This document shows positions 28,781 to 36,798 of a DNA stretch of 64,000 nucleotides, in pieces. Both the position numbers and the translations under genes were made by a program. A model generated the notes under the pieces. It had not been told where the DNA came from. It made no database searches and worked only from the letters and a program-made list of their open reading frames with translations. Within the stretch, counting starts at the first letter, position 1. Every line of letters begins with the position of its first letter. This stretch comes from Gemmatimonadota bacterium (lineage in GTDB: Bacteria; Gemmatimonadota; Gemmatimonadetes; Gemmatimonadales; GWC2-71-9): contig JAZDCY010000014.1 of assembly GCA_036679645.1 (NCBI GenBank), positions 96,001-160,000 on the forward strand, read 5' to 3'.

Positions 28781-30459
28781 CGGGCACCTCCGGGGCTCTT
28801 GCGGCCGGTGAACGTGAAGCTGCCAAACGGGCTCTCTCCGCTCCCCGACATGCGGTCTCCCTCCACCGTGCCCTCGGCGGTCAACTCGATCTGTTGGCCA
28901 CCGGCACTGATGTTGATCGTGAAACTGATGTTGTTGCCGGATACCCGGCCGCGCATCGATGCCGTACCCATCTGATCGCTCACGGCAGTGCCGCTGAACG
29001 ACCCGTCCGGGTCCATGTCGATGCTCGCCTCCATGGGAAATTCCTGACCCATGGCGCTCATGGTGATGGTCCAGTCGCCTGTTACGACGACAGCGGGCGC
29101 TCCGCCAGCCCCCGCACCGCCTCCGCCCTTCTCGTAGTTCCCTTCGACAAACGTGTAGCTGATCTCAGTGTCCTCGTCGAAGAGCGGCCCGGTCACGACC
29201 ACGAACGTCGCCGCCATCCCTTGGCCGATTCGTGCGACGTTGGGGATTCCGAGCAACGTCGCCGGGACCGTCGTGACCGCGCGAAGGGCAGTTGCCTCAG
29301 AGAGACCGAACTCAATGGACTTGCGAACCGCGGCTCGCAGATCGGCCTCGCCGCCACCCGTCGTGATGGCGAACGTCACCCCGGCTGCCTCGAGACGGCC
29401 GGCGTTGGACCAGATGTTCTCGAGACGCTCCTTCTCCCGCGCGGCGGCGGGCTCGAGTTCCTCCGGCTCGGTGACCTCGGGCGCTGCGGCCGGCTCCGGC
29501 TCGGCCTTTGGTTCTTTCCATTTGTCCCGATCCGGAAAGTCGCCGTCGATCAACACGGCCACACCGCGCTCGGCGAGGTCCGCGGCCACTCGCCACGCTT
29601 CCTGTCCACCGACGATTACGGGTCGTATTCCGTATTCATCAGATAGCGCCAGGACACGCCTGATGTCCTCGGCACCGTTGGCCGCGAAGAACACTGGGAT
29701 TTCGCCCGCCATTGCCTGTCGCAACACGGCGTAGTCCGGGTCGAAACTGGGTATTCCAAGCCCTTCGGGATCGCGCGCGTACGCGTCGCGCACCATCGCG
29801 TCGCGCCGTGCGTCCTCGAACGCCTGTCTCATGTAGGCGATGATGCCGAACAGTGTCCCGGGGTATACTCGCTGACCGCTCTTGAACGCCATGCTGAGGC
29901 CGACGTTGTCGTTCGCGATCAGTTGCCATGGGCGATCGACATCGGTCCGATACAGGATCGCTGCGCCGAGTCCGGCCGCCAACGCTCCATCGGGATGGAT
30001 GCCGGCGGCCACGAGACCCGCGGCGCGTTGCTCTTTGCCATCCTGGCCGGTGTGCGTTAGGAAGTCGGCGACTCGTCGGTGAGCCAGCATGCCCTGTAGA
30101 TCTCGCGGTCCATCCCACGAACGAACGCTGTCGCCAGGCTCGATCTCGGGAAACCCGACCTCCGCTTTGCCCTGGGCGTCGACGAGTCCGGGATAGACAA
30201 GGAGAGAGTCGCCTTCGAGCACCTGAGCATCACCGGGGATTGGGATACCGACCCCCAACGCTTCGATGAGCCCGCCCCGGACGACCAGGTTCACGCCCGG
30301 TTCCCGACGCCCGTCCGCATGGACGACCGTCACGTTCTGGAGTGCATATGCAGGCGGTGGTGGCGGCTCGCGGAATTGCGCAGCGCCGGCCTTAGGCAGG
30401 CCAATCGTCGCCAGCAGCGCCGCCCCACCAATCAGATTTCGGAGCGAAGGTCTGTTCAT
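28777..30459 (-). CDS. Secreted amidohydrolase-like protein, probably non-catalytic, with a C-terminal beta domain
   Basis: VYPGLVDAQG (no HxH), ALRAVTTVPA; overlaps the downstream amidohydrolase. Confidence 0.82.
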   Translation of the reverse strand: MNRPSLRNLIGGAALLATIGLPKAGAAQFREPPPPPAYALQNVTVVHADGRREPGVNLVVRGGLIEALGVGIPIPGDAQVLEGDSLLVYPGLVDAQGKAEVGFPEIEPGDSVRSWDGPRDLQGMLAHRRVADFLTHTGQDGKEQRAAGLVAAGIHPDGALAAGLGAAILYRTDVDRPWQLIANDNVGLSMAFKSGQRVYPGTLFGIIAYMRQAFEDARRDAMVRDAYARDPEGLGIPSFDPDYAVLRQAMAGEIPVFFAANGAEDIRRVLALSDEYGIRPVIVGGQEAWRVAADLAERGVAVLIDGDFPDRDKWKEPKAEPEPAAAPEVTEPEELEPAAAREKERLENIWSNAGRLEAAGVTFAITTGGGEADLRAAVRKSIEFGLSEATALRAVTTVPATLLGIPNVARIGQGMAATFVVVTGPLFDEDTEISYTFVEGNYEKGGGGAGAGGAPAVVVTGDWTITMSAMGQEFPMEASIDMDPDGSFSGTAVSDQMGTASMRGRVSGNNISFTINISAGGQQIELTAEGTVEGDRMSGSGESPFGSFTFTGRKSPGGAR

Positions 30460-30625
30460 ATCAATGTCCCATGCGGTTGTTTCGCTGAACCACTGAGCGG
30501 GAAGCTAAGTGAAGCGGCAGCGCTGGCGCTGTCAAGCGCCAACACAACCACATCGTCCTCGTTCATGATTACGCATCCGCCGATGACTACGATTCTGGAT
30601 AGGTGGCAGCTTCACATCCTCGAAC

Positions 30626-30674
30626 AGTATGTCAATACTTATGTATTGACATACTACGACCCTTACAATACGTT
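30626..30674 (+). promoter_or_regulatory. Promoter with a perfect 13-bp inverted repeat over the -35 element
   Basis: AGTATGTCAATAC-ttat-GTATTGACATACT (30626-30655); TTGACA (30646-30651), 17-nt spacer, TACGTT (30669-30674), 8 nt, ATG. Confidence 0.75.
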
Positions 30675-30682
30675 CCCACACG

Positions 30683-31171
30683 ATGACCAAGACCCAACAG
30701 CTGCAAATCCGCGTGTCACCAACGGAGAAGGCTCGCGTCAAGCGGCTTGCCCGCCAGGCGGGGCAGGACGTGTCCGCGTACGTCCTCTCGCGGGTGTTTT
30801 CCCCTAGTGCGGATCGGTTCGCCGCGCTGTTGCGGCTGCTTCGGCGTGACCGTGATCGTCGGTTTGCGCTGGCCGAGCTGAATGACTTTTTGAGTGCGCT
30901 CGCGCCTGTGCAGGTCCCCGACGCGGTGGCGCATGCCGACCTTGGCGCTCTCTCGCCGTTTCTCGGGAACTATGTCGCCGCGATGGTAGAGCAGGCCGCC
31001 GGTCAGAAGGGCGTCGAGCCGCCCGAGTGGGTTCGGGATGTCGCGCCCCTCGACGAGCCACACTTCGGTGCGGATCTGAAACGTCTGCGTATGTATTTGT
31101 TGCGCGCGGCACCGGTGGCGTTCAAGCGTCGCAACATCTTCGTCGATGCCGCGGTCGGTGACCGGGTGTAA
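30683..31171 (+). CDS. RHH-containing putative antitoxin
   Basis: KTQQLQIRVSPTEKARVKRLARQAGQDVSAYV (RHH); C-terminal PPEW...EPHF...P.AFKRRNIFVD. Confidence 0.72.
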   Translation: MTKTQQLQIRVSPTEKARVKRLARQAGQDVSAYVLSRVFSPSADRFAALLRLLRRDRDRRFALAELNDFLSALAPVQVPDAVAHADLGALSPFLGNYVAAMVEQAAGQKGVEPPEWVRDVAPLDEPHFGADLKRLRMYLLRAAPVAFKRRNIFVDAAVGDRV

Positions 31172-31177
31172 CGGAGC

Positions 31178-31705
31178 GTGCACCCGATCAAGCTGACCAG
31201 GGCCGATATCAACCGGCTCCTCGAACTGTTGAACGACGAGCTCGCCGAGGACGGTACGGAAGCTGAGGTGTACCTGGTTGGCGGTGCCGTCATGTGTCTG
31301 GCGCTCGACGCGCGAGCGGCGACCCGCGACGTGGATGCGTACTTTCGACCCACGCAACGCGTTCGCGAAGCGGCAGCCAGGGTGGCGGCAAAGGCCGGTG
31401 TCCCCGACACGTGGCTGAACGACGCGGTAAAGGGATACCTGAGTCCTCGCGGCGACTTCGACGCCTACCTAGAACTCTCACATCTCCGCGTCTTCGTGGC
31501 GCAACCAGCGTACCTGCTCGCCATGAAATGTGCGGCAATGCGTCTTGGCGAAGAGTTCCACGACCTGGACGATGTCCGCTTCCTGCTACGCTACCTCAAC
31601 ATCACGAGGGTGGAGGAAGCACTCGGGTTGGTCAACAAGTACTTCTCCGAGTCGGAGCTTCTCCCCAAGACGCGATTAGTGTTGGAGGAACTGCTCGCTG
31701 GGTAG
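31178..31705 (+). CDS. Nucleotidyltransferase-fold putative toxin (DUF6036-like)
   Basis: YLVGGAVM...R.ATRDVDA...WLNDAVKG...LLAMK...D.DD motifs. Confidence 0.78.
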   Translation: MHPIKLTRADINRLLELLNDELAEDGTEAEVYLVGGAVMCLALDARAATRDVDAYFRPTQRVREAAARVAAKAGVPDTWLNDAVKGYLSPRGDFDAYLELSHLRVFVAQPAYLLAMKCAAMRLGEEFHDLDDVRFLLRYLNITRVEEALGLVNKYFSESELLPKTRLVLEELLAG

Positions 31706-31922
31706 GTTGGGCGGTCCGCCGCGGATGAGAGAGAGCAGCCGGTAGAACCTACGCCCTCTCGGCGTGCGGGTCGGGCGCCTGCCCAGCACGTCGTTTGGGA
31801 GGGAACCCATCAGCTCGGCGGTTAGAAAACCGGTACCTTCGGGGAGTCCGGCAGAAGCGGAGACTGCCACGGCAAACTACACGGACCAGCCACGAAGGCT
31901 GGTCCCCTGCAAGCACGAGAGA

Positions 31923-33386
31923 CTATGGCACCCGAAGGAGGGGTTCTGCTTTTGGGCCGGCTACGGATGGGAGCGTCACGGCATTCGTTTCGGGGACGAG
32001 AGGCCGGCCCTGACGCATCGGTGCTCCGGCGGAAACCGGACTCAGACCCCAGCCGCGCACCATGACCGCGGCAACGACCGCATGGGAGAAGAGACCAACC
32101 GCGATCAGGGATTCGAAGGGAAAACCAGCGATGGCTCCCACCGCGATGACCAACATACGCAGATCGCGATGCTTGAGACGGTCGATAACGTCGTGAGGAT
32201 AGGCTCCCTTATACTGTAAAGAGAATTCCTTGGTGACGTAGCTGACGAGAATGAAACCGGTCGCAGCAACCACTCCGGCAATCCACGGAAGTGATCCTGG
32301 GACATGCCGGGCATAGGCGGCGACGATTGCCACCGTGACGGCCACGTCCGCGTAGCGATCCAGCATCGTGTCTAGCCACGCACCTCGCGGCGTGGCGAGG
32401 CCCTTGAGTCTCGCGATCTCCCCGTCACAACCGTCCATGACGGATGCTGCCTGTATCAGCACACCTCCAAAGGCTTGGGCCCCATAGCCACCGAGAGCGA
32501 GAAACATCGCACCGATCACGGTGGTCAAGAACGAAACGACCGTGATCTGGTTGGGCGTCACATTGGTGCGCGCCAGGTAACCCGACAGGCGTGTTGACAG
32601 CGGACGATTTATCCACGCCGACACGAAGCCGTCCTGGCGACCTTTGTCCAGCGACGCGCGCAGGAGCCGCTCGGCCTCGGCCAGCGCATCCGGCGTGTCT
32701 ACATCCACCCAGCGGCAACCGGTGACGTCCACGGTGCGTACCAGACCATTACTTGCCAGGTCGGCGATTGCGTGCGACAGGGCATAGAGGCTGGAGTCGT
32801 GGACCCTGTCCAGCACCGCAAAGATCGCCGGGCTGCACAGAAACGCCCCGGTGTCAATGGCATCCCACTCTCCGAGAGCCTTGCCGATGGCTCGGACGCG
32901 GCCGTCGACGCTACTAATCTTCGTCGCGTCGTCCAGGTCAAAGACCTCCCCCCGATCGCGGTCGATTGCCACGCACACCTCGCCATCGGCGGGAGGATCT
33001 CCCAAGAGCTTCCGCAGGATCTCCGGGTCAAGGATGTGATCGGCCATAAGGAGGAGGAATTGCCTGTTGCCGATGCTGCCCGCTGCCGCAATGGTACTAG
33101 CACCATTACCCATAGCCCAGTTCTTGGCGTCTACGCAGCTGACGCCCACGCCGAGACGCTCGGCGACGGCTCCCACGTGGGTGCGGACCTCTTCTCCACG
33201 GTGCCCGACCACCACAACGAACCTTCGCACGCCAACTGTCACGCAGACACGCATGCATCGCTCGACGAGCGACTGGCCCCACACGGGAACCAGCGGCTTA
33301 GGCTCCCCATTCATCCGCGTACCGCGACCGGCTGCTAGGATAACGGCGGTCGGCACCTCTGTGCTGTCGAATTTGGGTTGGGTCAT
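31923..33386 (-). CDS. Bifunctional NTP-transferase / CDP-alcohol phosphotransferase (IPCT-DIPPS-like)
   Basis: ILAAGRGTRM...PKPL, LLMADH, DATK, VDVDTP; DGFVS...NR, TPNQIT, DGCDGEIARL...GAWLDTMLDRYAD. Confidence 0.88.
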   Translation of the reverse strand: MTQPKFDSTEVPTAVILAAGRGTRMNGEPKPLVPVWGQSLVERCMRVCVTVGVRRFVVVVGHRGEEVRTHVGAVAERLGVGVSCVDAKNWAMGNGASTIAAAGSIGNRQFLLLMADHILDPEILRKLLGDPPADGEVCVAIDRDRGEVFDLDDATKISSVDGRVRAIGKALGEWDAIDTGAFLCSPAIFAVLDRVHDSSLYALSHAIADLASNGLVRTVDVTGCRWVDVDTPDALAEAERLLRASLDKGRQDGFVSAWINRPLSTRLSGYLARTNVTPNQITVVSFLTTVIGAMFLALGGYGAQAFGGVLIQAASVMDGCDGEIARLKGLATPRGAWLDTMLDRYADVAVTVAIVAAYARHVPGSLPWIAGVVAATGFILVSYVTKEFSLQYKGAYPHDVIDRLKHRDLRMLVIAVGAIAGFPFESLIAVGLFSHAVVAAVMVRGWGLSPVSAGAPMRQGRPLVPETNAVTLPSVAGPKAEPLLRVP

Positions 33387-34198
33387 ACCAGTGCCTGGAC
33401 GATCTTGCCGGCCAGCTGCGGAGTGGACGCGGCGATGACCGAGCATCTGTCGGTCAGGCCCCGAACTGGCGGGAGGGTCTGGCCCTCCGGACCGACGACA
33501 CAGCCGCCAGCCTCCTCCACGACCAGGGCGGCCGCGAAGAAGCTCTCGGGTGTGAGTCGTTGTCGAATGTCGATATGGGCATCGAGGGCGCCGCTTGCCA
33601 CCAATGACAGGGCACGTGACGCACACCCAAAGGAGCGAACGCCTCGGGCCCGCTCCATCACGCAGCCCAGCTCAGACGAGGGCGCATAGTGATTCAGCTC
33701 TACCGAGATCATCGCTTCTCCAATCCGTGTTACGCCAGAAGTTCGAAGGCGTACATCTCCGCGGTAGGCTCCCCCGCCCCGGCGGCCGAGTACCGGCGTC
33801 GCGTTCTCCAGATCGCCGACCAAGGCCCACTCCACCCTGCCCGCCGCGAGTGGTCCTTCCGGGGGCAGCACGGCCACACACACTGCGGACGGACCAACAG
33901 CGCGCCCAAAGTTGTCGGACCCGTCTACTGGATCGAGGATGAATCGGTGCTTGGGTGGGTCTTGTCCAAGATCAATCGTGCCGGATTCTTCAGACAGCAG
34001 CAAGCTTCCCGGCGCTTCCCGCTGAAGCAATGAAACCGCACAACGCTCTGCCGTCAAATCGAACGGCCGCGACGGATCACCTTTCGGGTTGATCCCGGGC
34101 TGTCGGCCGGTTGCGCCATCGGGGGTGGCCAACGCCTCTCGCACCGCGGCGTGGAGAGCCATGAGGAGCTGACCCAGGGGTTCGGAGTGAAGCGGCAT
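33383..34198 (-). CDS. Inositol monophosphatase / FBPase family protein
   Basis: SEE, ILDPVDGSDNF and RSFGCA...VASGALD motifs; overlaps the IPCT-DIPPS start. Confidence 0.88.
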   Translation of the reverse strand: MPLHSEPLGQLLMALHAAVREALATPDGATGRQPGINPKGDPSRPFDLTAERCAVSLLQREAPGSLLLSEESGTIDLGQDPPKHRFILDPVDGSDNFGRAVGPSAVCVAVLPPEGPLAAGRVEWALVGDLENATPVLGRRGGGAYRGDVRLRTSGVTRIGEAMISVELNHYAPSSELGCVMERARGVRSFGCASRALSLVASGALDAHIDIRQRLTPESFFAAALVVEEAGGCVVGPEGQTLPPVRGLTDRCSVIAASTPQLAGKIVQALV

Positions 34199-34360
34199 GA
34201 GGCCCCACCTTGGTGCGCAGTGGTGATCCGTGTGTGCCCCACCGTTCACGCCGGCAACACGCCTCTTGCGGACGGGTGAGGGTCTGGCTTACGTCAGCGG
34301 TGTCCGGAGAGGTTCCCGCCATGGCACCTCGACGCAGTTCACGATCGTGCGGCGTCCCCT

Positions 34361-34442
34361 TGCCCGAGGTGAGGGTCGAACTCACACGGGGTTGCCCCCA
34401 CCGGACATCGGCCCGGCGCGTCTGCCATTTCGCCACTCGGGC
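34361..34442 (-). tRNA. tRNA-Leu-like class II tRNA with an aberrant 6-nt anticodon loop (pseudo or non-canonical)
   Basis: GCCCGAG TG GCG AAATGGCAGA CGC G CCGGG CCGATG TCCGG T GGGG GCAA CCCC GT GTGAG TTCGACC CTCAC CTCGGGC A; all stems pair; no encoded CCA; TATATT at 34454-34459 upstream. Confidence 0.8.
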
Positions 34443-34534
34443 AAGGAACAGGGAATATAGCTGCGGTGCGAAGAGGATCCCGACTAGCCCACGCGGGATG
34501 CCGGACGTCTCCCGAAGTACGAGGAGCTGTGAGT

Positions 34535-34951
34535 GTGTCCAGTCACCAGTCTGCCGCGGTCGAGGTCGCGCCTTTGGGGGATCGAGTCGTCTTGCGCCCC
34601 GAGGCGGCGGCGGAACGAATCCACCGTGGGTTGCAGCTTCCCAGCACGGTAAGGGACGAAATCCAGCGGGGCCAAGTCCTGGCCGTCGGACCGGGACGCT
34701 ACGAGAAAGGCAGGCGCGTTCCCATGGAGTTATCCGCCGGTCACTTCGTCCTGTACGACAAATACGGGGGCATTGTGGTAACCTTAAAGGACGGGGAACT
34801 CGTCATCATCGAGGAATCCGAGATACTTGCCATCTGGGGAGTGACGGACGTGAGAAAACAGGTACGCTGCACCAACATGACGTACGTTCGTCGTAGACGA
34901 GATGAGCTGCGGCGCGAACCGCGACAGCCTCACGCTTGGGTGGGACTATGA
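34535..34951 (+). CDS. Orphan, divergent GroES/Cpn10-like protein with a C-terminal extension
   Basis: PLGDRVVLRP...GQVLAVGPGR...VLYDKYGG...IIEESEILAI; GAGGAG RBS upstream; no adjacent groEL. Confidence 0.78.
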   Translation: MSSHQSAAVEVAPLGDRVVLRPEAAAERIHRGLQLPSTVRDEIQRGQVLAVGPGRYEKGRRVPMELSAGHFVLYDKYGGIVVTLKDGELVIIEESEILAIWGVTDVRKQVRCTNMTYVRRRRDELRREPRQPHAWVGL

Positions 34952-35166
34952 CGAAACGTGATCGGCGGAGGAAGCTACTGGGCCACCTCGTCGAGGGGGG
35001 CGCCGAAATCATCAGTCGGGATGTGAACCGGACCCTGGAGTGCCAGCGGTGTGGCGGCCCCTTGGAGCTACGCACCGTATCCATGACTGGACAGACCATT
35101 GAGATCTGCCAAAAGTGCCGATCGAGCCAGCCGGTACAGCGGTTTGCGCCGGTAGCGGAGGAGTAG
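34948..35166 (+). CDS. Small zinc-ribbon protein
   Basis: CQRC...CQKC; ATGA overlap with the GroES-like gene. Confidence 0.62.
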   Translation: MTKRDRRRKLLGHLVEGGAEIISRDVNRTLECQRCGGPLELRTVSMTGQTIEICQKCRSSQPVQRFAPVAEE

Positions 35167-35239
35167 TAGCGAGTCACACCGCCCCAAGTCGCCCAGCGCA
35201 TGGAGCGGATCGCTCACACCAACGTTCGTCCCAAACGTA

Positions 35240-35500
35240 TCATTGGAACAGCTGCCGTCCCGAGCGGGACCACGCGGGTTCCGTTCCGCCGCCGCGTGCC
35301 ACCCGCACGCGAGCGGCGGCGGTGTACATCGACTTCTTCCCTCGCCTCGAATTCAACGTCGATCTGACGACCGATCTTCTGGCCCGCGCGAGAAAGACGA
35401 TGCCCCTGCCGCCGCGCCCCAGCTCTCGCTCGAGCGAGAACCGTCCAGCTACGGCCTTTTGAAGAGCCAAGAACTCGGCAGATGCTTCCACGTCCTTCAC
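35240..35500 (-). pseudogene. Collapsed Ser/Thr kinase-TolB gene remnant
   Basis: AEFLALQKAVAGRFSLERELGRGGRGIVFLAR joined to the PD40-like GGTEPAWSRSGRQLF. Confidence 0.7.
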
Positions 35501-35562
35501 ACCGACGATCTCCGTGGGTGGAACGTCAATGATGCGTTCAGTTGGGCAGGATAGTAAATAGT

Positions 35563-35682
35563 TGCCATCTCAAACGCGAAGGTCGTTCACACTCCCTCTG
35601 GACGAATCCACTGACCGGTGCGGTCGAGGCGGTGCCTCGCCACGTCGAGATCCCTCACAAGCTCGCACTCAAGATCTGTCGT
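35563..35682 (+). pseudogene. HicA-family toxin internal fragment
   Basis: CHLKREGRSHSLWTNPLTGAVEAVPRHVEIPHKLALKICR; no native N-terminus and no hicB. Confidence 0.75.
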
Positions 35683-35861
35683 GGTGGCATGGGGATCGTC
35701 GTGCGCGCGACCTCCGGCTTCGGCGAGACGTCGCCATCAAGCTGCTCGTCCCTGGCGAGAAAGACGATGCCCATTCCGCCCCGGCCCAGTTCGCTTTCCA
35801 GCGAGTAGCGACCGGCCAAGGCTTCCTGAAGGGCGAGAAACTCTACCGCCGGAGTGATCAT
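35683..35861. pseudogene. Two kinase N-terminal fragments fused in opposite orientation
   Basis: + strand GGMGIV../RARDLRLRRDVAIKLL; - strand MITPAVEFLALQEALAGRYSLESELGRGGMGIVFLARDEQLDGDV. Confidence 0.75.
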
Positions 35862-35994
35862 TACCCTAGAATGTGGCCCGACCGCCCGATCTGTCCAGAA
35901 TTCGATCCGTACACCGCACGGTGAGATGGTTGCTGAATCGGCGCAAACCCGAAAGATTCGCTGGACCCCTGAAGCCGGAGGCTGATACCGCACC

Positions 35995-36798
35995 ATGACC
36001 GGTTCGAGCGCAACGCTACCTGGCGGCGGTTTCGGCCGCACTTCGCGACCTGACGCCTGGTGGCTCCAACCCACCGCTGTGTTCCTCGGCCTGAGCGCGT
36101 TCATTGCCTATTCGACGTGGGCGGCTTTTCAGGGCGTGCACTACCATTTCGGTCCTTACCTCTCACCCTTCTACTCACCCGAACTGTTGGGCGAGTCGGG
36201 GCATAGCTGGTTCGGACCCAAACCCGATTGGTGGTTCAGCTGGCTGCCCTGGTCACCGGCCTTCCTCATTCTGTGGGCTCCCGGCGGGTTCCGTCTCACC
36301 TGCTACTACTATCGCGGCGCCTACTACAAGGCGTTTTGGGCCGACCCGCCCTCGTGCGCTGTCGGCGAGCCCCGCAAGACGTACCTCGGTGAACACTCGT
36401 TCCCGCTGATAATGCAGAACATCCATCGGTACTTTCTGTATCTCGCGCTCTTCTTCATTGGCTTTCTGGCCTTTGACGTGTGGAAAGCGCTCTGGTTCAT
36501 CGATCCCGCGACCGGCCAGGAGGCGTTTGGAATGGGCGTGGGCACGCTCGTGCTCGCGACCAACGTGACCCTGCTCGGCGGGTACACGCTCGGATGCCAC
36601 TCGTTGCGCCACCTGGTTGGCGGCAGGCTGGATCACTTTAGCGGCCGCCCCGTGCGCAGAGGCGCCTATCGCTGCGTAAGCTGTCTCAACCGGGGCCACA
36701 TGCGCTGGGCATGGCTCAGCCTCTTCTGGGTCGGATTTTCCGATCTCTACGTGCGGCTCTGCTCTATGGGTGTGTGGATCGATTGGAGACTCTTCTGA
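35995..36798 (+). CDS. Succinate dehydrogenase membrane anchor, mycobacterial Sdh1 (Rv0249c)-like
   Basis: YLSPFYSP, FRLTCYYYRGAYY, CAVGEP, QNIHRY and GCHSLRH motifs; lies upstream of sdhA/sdhB. Confidence 0.82.
   Translation: MTGSSATLPGGGFGRTSRPDAWWLQPTAVFLGLSAFIAYSTWAAFQGVHYHFGPYLSPFYSPELLGESGHSWFGPKPDWWFSWLPWSPAFLILWAPGGFRLTCYYYRGAYYKAFWADPPSCAVGEPRKTYLGEHSFPLIMQNIHRYFLYLALFFIGFLAFDVWKALWFIDPATGQEAFGMGVGTLVLATNVTLLGGYTLGCHSLRHLVGGRLDHFSGRPVRRGAYRCVSCLNRGHMRWAWLSLFWVGFSDLYVRLCSMGVWIDWRLF

Noticed and set aside
31740..31920. Possible structured RNA (tRNA-half or cobalamin-riboswitch-like words such as AGCTCGGCGGTTAGA and GGAGACTGCC)
   Set aside because: I could not build a consistent cloverleaf or riboswitch core by eye; an Rfam/Infernal scan would be needed.
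30600..34442. tRNA-anchored integrative element
   Set aside because: No integrase and no duplicated tRNA 3' end (att site) were found in the window.
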